From positions 1-38,762 of IMG/VR virus record IMGVR_UViG_3300048905_000063: a stretch of 38,762 nt of DNA. One strand, written 5' to 3'. Shown here one piece after another: positions 7,265 through 13,537 of this stretch. The DNA is from a virus. The position numbers and the translations under genes are program-made. Positions within the stretch are counted from its first letter, which is position 1, and each line of letters begins with the position of its first letter. A model generated the notes under the pieces. It did not search any database, had not been told where the DNA came from, and was given only the letters and a program-made list of their open reading frames with translations.

Positions 7265-7486
7265 ATGAAAAGGCTCAGCCCAGAGATTATCGCCAAATTC
7301 GGGAGCATCCAAGCGATCTCCGATTTGGTCCATGCGCCACATTCCACGGTGAAAGCCTGGCGGTCGCGCATATCCGATTCCCGTCTGCATCATCTGCGCC
7401 TTGCGTCGATGGCGGCAGGGTTGGAGATTCCGTGGGACACGCTGGAAGACGCAGATCCGCTGCCCGACAAGAAGGAGGCAGCATGA
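7265..7486 (+). CDS. Cro-like small DNA-binding regulator (73 aa)
   Basis: Divergent from the repressor. FGSIQAISDLVHAPHSTVKAWRSR is an HTH-like segment. Its stop overlaps the next ATG (ATGA). Confidence 0.6.
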   Translation: MKRLSPEIIAKFGSIQAISDLVHAPHSTVKAWRSRISDSRLHHLRLASMAAGLEIPWDTLEDADPLPDKKEAA

Positions 7487-8688
7487 GCAAGCGCGTCTAT
7501 TTCCTTCGCCCTATTGGCCAGCTTGGGCCGGTCAAAATCGGCTGCTCTAAGTTTCCCGAATCCCGGCTCGACACATTCACCATTTGGTCGCCGCAGCGCC
7601 TCGAGCTGGTTTGCTCGGTTCCCGGCACACACAAGGACGAGCGCACGCTTCACGCGATGTTCGCCAAGCATCGGGTTCATGGTGAGTGGTTCGGCGCCAG
7701 CAAGGAATTGCTCGCGCTGATCGACCACTGCCAAACGGTCGGCGCGCTTCCGGCGCTTCCCGAGGTCGTCAGGTTTCCGGTGATCCGTCACGTCGGCCAT
7801 GCGCGCCGCGCCAAAGGAGTCCGCGAACCTCTCCCGCTGCCCGCTCACAAGTTGGCGATCGCCACGACGATGCGCGGCCAATACGAAAGCGGCCTCACCG
7901 CTTCTGCGCTGTCCGCGGAACACGGCATACAGATCCAAACGGTCTATAAGTATTTGCGTGCGGTCGGGACTGCGATGCGTCCTCGCGGGCCGGGAGCGGC
8001 GCCGAGCGGCGTAACTGACGTTGATCGCGCGACGGCGTGGCGGGACCGCTATCTGGCCGGCGAAACGCTCCAGCAGATCGCCGACGATTATGACGTGACT
8101 CGCGAGCGGGTGCGCCAAGTTCTCCGCAAGTTCGGTGTCGATACGCTTGGGCATCGTCCCGAGCATAGGAACCAGCCTGCCCCTCTCACCGAACAGCAAA
8201 AGCTGGCAGCAGAACTCTACGCCCAAGGCATCCGCCCCCTCGAAATCAAGAAGCGGGTTGGGTTCAAGCCTAGCATTAATCTGCTCACTAAGGCGGGCGT
8301 CGAGACGAAGCCGGTTGGTTCGTGGAACACTCGCCCTGACGACGCAGAGATCACCCGCACCGTCGCCGACCTCTACCGCGCCGGATTGCGGGCGAAAGAA
8401 ATTGTCGAGCGGGTTCCGGCGCTGCGCTATCCCGAAACGGTCTATCGCTATCTGAAAAAGGCCGGTGTCGCCGCGCGGCAGAAGGCGGCTAGCCCGCTCG
8501 CTCCGTTCGTCATCAGCCAGTTTCGGAACGGCGACACGCTCCAGGACATTGCCAAGCGCTTCGGCATCAGCCCGATGACCGTGCGCCGCTTGCTTGAGCG
8601 CAACGGCGTCACGAACATCGCAGAGGAATTGAAGCGCCGTCACGCTCGCGCCGTTTCCGCAGCCAACGCGCGCCGGAAAGCTGCATGA
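7483..8688 (+). CDS. T5orf172 (GIY-YIG-like) domain protein with five tandem HTH modules (401 aa)
   Basis: The ATG at 7483 is preceded by AAGGAGG. N-terminus VYFLRPIG..VKIGCS..R...ERTLHAMFAKHRVHGEWF. Five repeats end in (Y/L)Lxx(x)GV, for example GETLQQIADDYDVTRERVRQVLRKFGV. Confidence 0.7.
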   Translation: MSKRVYFLRPIGQLGPVKIGCSKFPESRLDTFTIWSPQRLELVCSVPGTHKDERTLHAMFAKHRVHGEWFGASKELLALIDHCQTVGALPALPEVVRFPVIRHVGHARRAKGVREPLPLPAHKLAIATTMRGQYESGLTASALSAEHGIQIQTVYKYLRAVGTAMRPRGPGAAPSGVTDVDRATAWRDRYLAGETLQQIADDYDVTRERVRQVLRKFGVDTLGHRPEHRNQPAPLTEQQKLAAELYAQGIRPLEIKKRVGFKPSINLLTKAGVETKPVGSWNTRPDDAEITRTVADLYRAGLRAKEIVERVPALRYPETVYRYLKKAGVAARQKAASPLAPFVISQFRNGDTLQDIAKRFGISPMTVRRLLERNGVTNIAEELKRRHARAVSAANARRKAA

Positions 8689-8921
8689 CCCTGCTCGGCT
8701 TCCTCGCGGCATGGTTCGAATTGCCCATCGCCACCGCCTGTCTGTTCAGCGGTATCGCTACTCGCGGAAAGCGCCTCGAACGCAAGCGCCTCGCACAATG
8801 GGAGGCGGATCGGTTTGACGTGATGGTCCCGGTCGCGCGGTTCAGCCCTATCCGGAATGGCGCTGTTAACTCCCATGCTGGAAACAATACAGTAACGGGG
8901 CGACACTGTAATGGCCGTTGA
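8685..8921 (+). CDS. Hypothetical protein with hydrophobic N-terminus (78 aa)
   Basis: ATGA overlap with the upstream gene. Confidence 0.45.
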   Translation: MTLLGFLAAWFELPIATACLFSGIATRGKRLERKRLAQWEADRFDVMVPVARFSPIRNGAVNSHAGNNTVTGRHCNGR

Positions 8922-9201
8922 TTCCGCCATATCGGACAGGTTGAAGCATCGTCAGCGCGTGATGTTTCGCGCCGCTGCTGACCGTGGCTTCTCGCAGAAA
9001 GTCATTCACTTCGACACAGGACTAAGCCTGTCGGTCATTGATGAGTATGCGCGCGGCGAGACCGCGATGGGCGGTCCATCAATACTTGCGCTCGCCAGTC
9101 TGCCCGAGTTCCCGGCTGAACTTATTAGTCTGCTGTTCGATGGCACTGGCCGGGCGGTGATCGACGAGCCCGCCGACAAGCTGATCGGGGGTGGGAAGTG
9201 A
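8911..9201 (+). CDS. Hypothetical protein, possible HTH (96 aa)
   Basis: FSQKVIHFDTGLSLSVIDEYARGE segment. 4-nt overlap with the methyltransferase gene. Confidence 0.5.
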   Translation: MAVDSAISDRLKHRQRVMFRAAADRGFSQKVIHFDTGLSLSVIDEYARGETAMGGPSILALASLPEFPAELISLLFDGTGRAVIDEPADKLIGGGK

Positions 9202-9854
9202 GCGCACCTGTCACGATAGGGCGGGCGACGCTGTATCTGGGTGATTGCCGATCCCTGCTGCGCGGCATGGGCAAGGCCGACGCGCTTGTTACAGACCCGC
9301 CCTACGGGATCGGGGCGGACAAGGGCGCTGGCAAGTCCGCCGAGAAGTGGTCCGCGTTTACCGGGTCCGCAACGTGGGACGACGCGCCGCTTTCCGAGGG
9401 TGACATCGACCTGTTGCTCGGCGCTGGACGCCACTGCATCATCTGGGGGGGTAACTACTTCCCGCTTCCCCCGTCAAACTGTTGGCTGATCTGGGATAAG
9501 GAAACGGCGGGCGTGACGACCTTCGCCGACGCCGAGGTCGCGTGGACGAATCTCGACAAAGCTATGCGGCTGAAGCGCCACCTATGGTCCGGCCCATACA
9601 TGAAGATCCGCGAAGAACGCCATCACCCGACGCAAAAGCCGCTGGCAATCATGCAGTGGTGCATCGACCAGCTGCCCGCCAAGGTATCCAGTGTCGTCGA
9701 TCCGTTCCTCGGGAGCGGAACCACAGGGGTCGCCGCCGTCATGGCCGGCAAGGACTTCGTGGGGATTGAGCAAGACGCGCGATATTTCGACATCGCCTGT
9801 AAGCGAATTGAGCAAGCGCAGCGTCAAGGCGACTTCTTCGTGAGGGCAGCATGA
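9198..9854 (+). CDS. DNA methyltransferase, beta-class N6-adenine/N4-cytosine type (orphan)
   Basis: LVTDPPYG (motif IV) precedes HPTQKP and VVDPFLGSGTTG (motif I). No adjacent restriction endonuclease was recognised. Confidence 0.85.
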   Translation: MSAPVTIGRATLYLGDCRSLLRGMGKADALVTDPPYGIGADKGAGKSAEKWSAFTGSATWDDAPLSEGDIDLLLGAGRHCIIWGGNYFPLPPSNCWLIWDKETAGVTTFADAEVAWTNLDKAMRLKRHLWSGPYMKIREERHHPTQKPLAIMQWCIDQLPAKVSSVVDPFLGSGTTGVAAVMAGKDFVGIEQDARYFDIACKRIEQAQRQGDFFVRAA

Positions 9855-10024
9855 CCCGTCTCCTCGCCAAGCTATTCCGCCGCAATCCCGCGCGCGAGCT
9901 TGCTTTGCTCGGCGTAAGGAAGCGCCGCGTCGATAGCTATGTGCAGCGCGAGAAGGTCCGCGCTGTGGCCCGCGCAATACGCGAAGCCAAAGGTCTGCCA
10001 CCTAGCAGGGCGCTGCAAGGATGA
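9851..10024 (+). CDS. Small basic protein (57 aa), below the track cutoff
   Basis: ATGA overlaps at both ends (9851 and 10021). MTRLLAKLFRRNPARELALLGVRKRRVDSYVQREKVRAVARAIREAKGLPPSRALQG. Confidence 0.5.
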   Translation: MTRLLAKLFRRNPARELALLGVRKRRVDSYVQREKVRAVARAIREAKGLPPSRALQG

Positions 10025-10392
10025 GGCGGCAAGACGAATTTCGCCTGGCCTGCGTCGTCGCGGACTATCTTGCCCGAGCTTTGCCGGTCGAGGCTATCTG
10101 GACGCATTTCCCTGCTGGGGAGAACCGTAGCGCGATCACTGGCGCGCGCCTCAAGCGCATGGGCACGGCAAGGGGATGGCCCGACTATCTCATCATCTAC
10201 CGGGGCAAGCTGCTCGGCCTGGAGCTTAAGGCCGAGGGCGGTTCAGTCAGTCCCCATCAACGCCATATCGGGGAATCGTTCAAGGCGCACGGCTTCGACT
10301 GGTCGGTCATCAAATCAACCGAGGAAGTCGAGAAGTTCCTGACCAGACGCGGCATCCCGCTTCGCGCAACCGTGCTGGCGAGGGCGGCATGA
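10021..10392 (+). CDS. VRR-NUC domain nuclease (PD-(D/E)xK)
   Basis: GWPDYLIIYRGKLLGLELKAEGGSVSPHQ. Confidence 0.75.
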   Translation: MRRQDEFRLACVVADYLARALPVEAIWTHFPAGENRSAITGARLKRMGTARGWPDYLIIYRGKLLGLELKAEGGSVSPHQRHIGESFKAHGFDWSVIKSTEEVEKFLTRRGIPLRATVLARAA

Positions 10393-10973
10393 GAGCACCC
10401 TACGATCCTACATCGTCATGGGCCAAGCGCCACCGGCTGAACCGCCACTGCCCTTGCGGCACGCTGATCTACGACAAGTCCAAGAGCGGCCAGTGCAAGT
10501 CATGCTTCGCCTCCGCCCGCAACGCCACCGTCGAGCACCGCGCCAAGGTCAGCGAGGCGATGCGTCTCAAATATCGCCAAGACCCTCACTATGCCTCGAT
10601 GATCCGCACCAACCTTGCCGAGGGCAAGCGGGCATCGCTGAAAGACCCGGTAAAGCTCGCCAAGCAAATCAGGCAGGCGCGCATCAACATCGAGCGCACC
10701 AAGACACCGGAGGCCGTTGAGCGCCGCGAGGAAGGCAAGCGCCGCGCCTTGTTACCTTGGTGCCCTCGCGAACGGATCGAAGACTATCGCGCCCTAATGC
10801 GGAAAGGGCTTCGCGCCGCCGAGGCCAAGGCGCTGATTCTCGAAGAGATCAGGTTGGAACGGGCCAGGCTCTCGCCATTCGAGCGCCAGATGGCGAGCCT
10901 CGAAGCCAAAATGAAGCGCGGCGAGACGGCGCTGATAGCCTCGAACGATATGTTTCGGAGGCGCGCAGCGTGA
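10389..10973 (+). CDS. Hypothetical protein with N-terminal CxC...CxxC zinc-ribbon-like motif (194 aa)
   Basis: HCPCG...CKSC followed by a long charged helical region. 4-nt overlaps at both ends. Confidence 0.6.
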   Translation: MRAPYDPTSSWAKRHRLNRHCPCGTLIYDKSKSGQCKSCFASARNATVEHRAKVSEAMRLKYRQDPHYASMIRTNLAEGKRASLKDPVKLAKQIRQARINIERTKTPEAVERREEGKRRALLPWCPRERIEDYRALMRKGLRAAEAKALILEEIRLERARLSPFERQMASLEAKMKRGETALIASNDMFRRRAA

Positions 10974-11557
10974 GCTTCAACGTCGCCATGCTCGAAGAGA
11001 TGCAAGCGTCTGGCCTCGATCTAGAGGCAGTCATTCGCATCTTGCGCGCTGGTGAGGTTCGTAAAGACCCGACAGCCGCCGAACGCCAAGCGCGCCACCG
11101 CGAGAAGGTGAAGGCTGAGCGTGACATAGTAACGCGTGACGTAACGCGTGACGACGTAACGGAAACCCTTTCCCCCCACTCCCCCCCTAAAGTTTCCCCC
11201 GGACCCCCTACAAACACCCCCCCTATACCCCCCAAACCCGAAACTAATTTGAAGCGCGCGAGCCGTTTGCCGGATGGCTGGCGACCCGAAATGCTGACGG
11301 GCAAAGCGGCGGCGATGGTCCGCAACTGGCAAGCCGGGGAACTTGAACGGGAACTGGCGAAATTCCGCAATTTCTGGCTCGCAAAAGCGGGCAAGGACGC
11401 CTGCAAATCCGACTGGCAACGGACCTGGATCAACTGGCTCATTTCAGCCGACGAACGGAAACCACGAAATGGACGACAGCAACATCATCCCGATCTTGGC
11501 AAAAGCGGCCTCGCCTTCGCGATGCAAGGAAACCTTAGCGACGATCGCCCAATGTGA
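10970..11557 (+). CDS. Two-domain protein with Pro-rich linker; candidate replication-initiation-associated protein carrying the origin
   Basis: The GTG at 10970 (GGAGG 8 nt upstream) overlaps the upstream stop (GTGA). C-terminal ELAKFRNFWLAKAGKDACKSDWQRTWINWLI. Iteron-like repeats and a C-tract lie inside the linker-coding DNA. Confidence 0.5.
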   Translation: MSFNVAMLEEMQASGLDLEAVIRILRAGEVRKDPTAAERQARHREKVKAERDIVTRDVTRDDVTETLSPHSPPKVSPGPPTNTPPIPPKPETNLKRASRLPDGWRPEMLTGKAAAMVRNWQAGELERELAKFRNFWLAKAGKDACKSDWQRTWINWLISADERKPRNGRQQHHPDLGKSGLAFAMQGNLSDDRPM

Positions 11558-11951
11558 GGAGGCGCTGAAGCCATCCGGGGAGAAGTTCGGCACGGGTCAG
11601 CTTCTAGCCTGCCTCACCCTTGTCGCGCCTTCCGGGTTGACCGCTGGCGACCGCAACGAGTGGGTCCGGGTGGCGAAGGAAACACTGACCGGCATCCCCG
11701 GCGACCTGCTGCAATGGGGATGCCAGAAGGCGCGTGAGACGTGCCGTTTCCCGAGCGAAGTTGTCCCGACGATCATGGCCGAGGTGAAGGACGAATGGGA
11801 CCGCCGCCGCCGCGCGCTAGACCATGCCATCGCCGCCGAACACAATCGCCATGCGCCGCGCATCGAGCATAAGCGCGCCGAGCCCAACTATATCACGCCT
11901 GAAGAGTTCCGCGAGGCGCTCAAGGGCATCGTCGGGAACCTCACCGCATGA
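11469..11951 (+). CDS. Hypothetical protein (160 aa)
   Basis: Internal ATG (MDDSNIIPILAKAAS...). Overlaps the previous gene by 89 nt. Weak RBS. Confidence 0.5.
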   Translation: MDDSNIIPILAKAASPSRCKETLATIAQCEEALKPSGEKFGTGQLLACLTLVAPSGLTAGDRNEWVRVAKETLTGIPGDLLQWGCQKARETCRFPSEVVPTIMAEVKDEWDRRRRALDHAIAAEHNRHAPRIEHKRAEPNYITPEEFREALKGIVGNLTA

Positions 11952-12070
11952 CCGCCCAGATCATCTACACCGACCGCTTCCGCAAACCGCGCGAGAAGAT
12001 CGACCTGCGTGACTTACTCAAGCGGTCGATCGAACAGCACAAGCCCAACGAAGGACCGGAGGCGGCATGA
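11948..12070 (+). CDS. Micro-ORF (40 aa)
   Basis: ATGA overlaps at both ends. MTAQIIYTDRFRKPREKIDLRDLLKRSIEQHKPNEGPEAA. Confidence 0.4.
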   Translation: MTAQIIYTDRFRKPREKIDLRDLLKRSIEQHKPNEGPEAA

Positions 12071-12279
12071 AAAGCGGCTGGCTTGTCAGAAGGGAGACAT
12101 GGGCACTGTCGGTCATGGGCCTGCGGGTTGCGCCTTATACCGAGTTTCGCACCTACTGGTTTCGGTGGATGGCAGCGTTAGCAGCGTGGTCGGTTCGCGG
12201 CATAACTCCTGGCCCCGTCACACTTATCACGAGAGCACAAATCCTTGGCCGGGTCCGGCTTAAACAGGGGAAGAAATAG
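12067..12279 (+). CDS. Hypothetical Trp/Arg-rich protein (70 aa)
   Basis: ATGA-coupled to the micro-ORF. Its stop lies 1 nt before the next ATG. The competing ORF 12009..12263 lacks such coupling. Confidence 0.4.
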   Translation: MKSGWLVRRETWALSVMGLRVAPYTEFRTYWFRWMAALAAWSVRGITPGPVTLITRAQILGRVRLKQGKK

Positions 12280-12280
12280 C

Positions 12281-12805
12281 ATGGCCCGCACCAACAAGAT
12301 TCGCAAAGCCAGCGAAGATCCGGTCGCCAAGCTGGAACGGACCATCGTTCCCGAGGTCCAGGCTGGTCGCGGGCTCTACCTCATTGTCGATGCACCGACA
12401 TTCGCGGGCGAGGAAAACAAGGCTGGGTCAAAAGCCCGCACCTTGCGCAAATTGACCCGCATCGAAAAGCTGGAGCGCGCCAAGGTCATCAACAAGCGCG
12501 AGGCCGAGGCGTGCGAATGGTACGCCACACGCCACGCCGCTCGCTATGACGTGATAGGCATCACCGCCAAGTATGGCGAGCAAGCCAGCGGCGGGCGCAA
12601 GAGCTACTGCCACGGCCCCAAAACGCCCGAGCAAATCTCCGCCCTGCTCGACTATGACTTCGCCCGCGCCGGGATCAGCCCAATGATCCTGCCCATGTTC
12701 GAGCGCATCGTGATCCATGGGCGCCCGCTCGGGCGACTGGCCATTACCTTCCGCCAAGCCGCACGGGAGTTATTGGCACGACTCGAAAGCCGGGGTGCGC
12801 TGTAG
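12281..12805 (+). CDS. Hypothetical protein, last gene of the early-right operon (174 aa); candidate late-gene regulator by position only
   Basis: The internal ATG at 12281 is preceded by GGGGAAGAA. MARTNKIRKASEDPVAKLERT... Confidence 0.55.
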   Translation: MARTNKIRKASEDPVAKLERTIVPEVQAGRGLYLIVDAPTFAGEENKAGSKARTLRKLTRIEKLERAKVINKREAEACEWYATRHAARYDVIGITAKYGEQASGGRKSYCHGPKTPEQISALLDYDFARAGISPMILPMFERIVIHGRPLGRLAITFRQAARELLARLESRGAL

Positions 12806-12809
12806 GGTG

Positions 12810-12839
12810 TTGACAAACCGCATGGAATCTGCGCCTAAT
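12810..12839 (+). promoter_or_regulatory. Candidate late promoter TTGACA-N18-CCTAAT
   Basis: Perfect -35 hexamer at 12810..12815 at the start of the 262-nt non-coding gap before the packaging genes. The -10 element is weak. Confidence 0.3.
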
Positions 12840-12934
12840 TGTCACAGTGGTGCTTCGCGCCCACACCGCCGCTCCGAACTGTCTCCGTATGGTGTGCGTG
12901 TCCAGCAATGGACTAGGGCGGCAATCTTATTCCC

Positions 12935-12970
12935 ATTCGATCCGCCTTCCTCCTCTGGGTAGGATCGAAT
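12935..12970. repeat. 9-bp inverted repeat ATTCGATCC / GGATCGAAT with an 18-nt loop
   Basis: Arms at 12935..12943 and 12962..12970. The right arm runs into a tRNA-3'-end-like string ending in ACCA at 12987. Confidence 0.6.
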
Positions 12971-13067
12971 CCCCGCGTCCGACACCATCAAGCGAACACA
13001 GCAGCGGCCTAGCCCTCAGCTTCGATCACTGTCCCGTGACGCGGGGAGCCTATAACGGAGACAGCCC

Positions 13068-13208
13068 ATGTTGGTTACGATCTTCCTCCTGATCGCATTG
13101 GCCCTGTTTATCCTCGCTGCCATGCCCAGGGTAGCGGTTGGCGGTATCAACCTCGTCCCCGCTGGCCTCGCTTTCGTGGTGGCGGCAATGCTTGTCCCGC
13201 TGCTGTAA
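13068..13208 (+). CDS. Small two-TM membrane protein (46 aa), below the track cutoff
   Basis: GGAG 7 nt upstream of the ATG. MLVTIFLLIALALFILAAMPRVAVGGINLVPAGLAFVVAAMLVPLL. Its TAA overlaps the terS ATG (TAATG). Confidence 0.45.
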   Translation: MLVTIFLLIALALFILAAMPRVAVGGINLVPAGLAFVVAAMLVPLL

Positions 13209-13537
13209 TGGCCGAGCGCCTACGCAAGATGCACCAGGACGATGTGCGGCTGAAGATCAAAACCAGTCAGCTTTTAAATCGCCTTTCAGATCATGCACTT
13301 AACGGCCTCGAAATGAGCGCGACCCAGATTCGCGCCATTGAGGTTCTGCTGAAGAAGGTTTTGCCCGACCTGCAAGCCATCGAACACAGCGGAGAGGTAG
13401 CGACAGGCCCAGCTTATGACCTCAGCGCAGTTGGCGACGAAGCCCTTGCCCAACTTGAAGGCGCTCTTGCAGCTTCCCGACCCGTTAGCGTTGGTACGAC
13501 AGGAAAGAGCAAGACGCGGCCTGATAGCGTTCACTGA
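13208..13537 (+). CDS. terS: Putative terminase small subunit
   Basis: Position immediately upstream of TerL. SATQIRAIEVLLKKVLPDLQAIEHSGE resembles small-terminase helices of podoviruses. Confidence 0.55.
   Translation: MAERLRKMHQDDVRLKIKTSQLLNRLSDHALNGLEMSATQIRAIEVLLKKVLPDLQAIEHSGEVATGPAYDLSAVGDEALAQLEGALAASRPVSVGTTGKSKTRPDSVH

Noticed and set aside
7172-7393. N-terminal 74-aa extension of the repressor ORF (261-aa version)
   Set aside because: The extension overlaps the cro start, the palindromic operator and a TATAAT box. The HTH domain begins right after M75 (MEISQ). ATGs at 7240 and 7246 remain possible alternatives.
7390-8712. 440-aa minus-strand ORF antisense to the T5orf172/HTH gene. 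Similar long antisense or alternate-frame ORFs lie at 4291..5334(+), 6062..6829(+), 13485..14444(-), 18745..19944(-), 22102..23103(-), 24317..25189(-), 26009..26683(-), 30787..31803(-), 30870..31856(-) and 36736..37545(+).
   Set aside because: These are GC-rich shadow frames. Their translations are Arg/Pro/Ala/Gly-rich with no motifs. They overlap ORFs with clear domain signatures and operon-consistent RBS and coupling.
12905-12987. Possible tRNA ending in ACCA
   Set aside because: The T-stem does not pair (GTAGG versus CCCCG), and no 5' acceptor complement or anticodon arm could be folded. It is kept only as a tRNA-like remnant finding.
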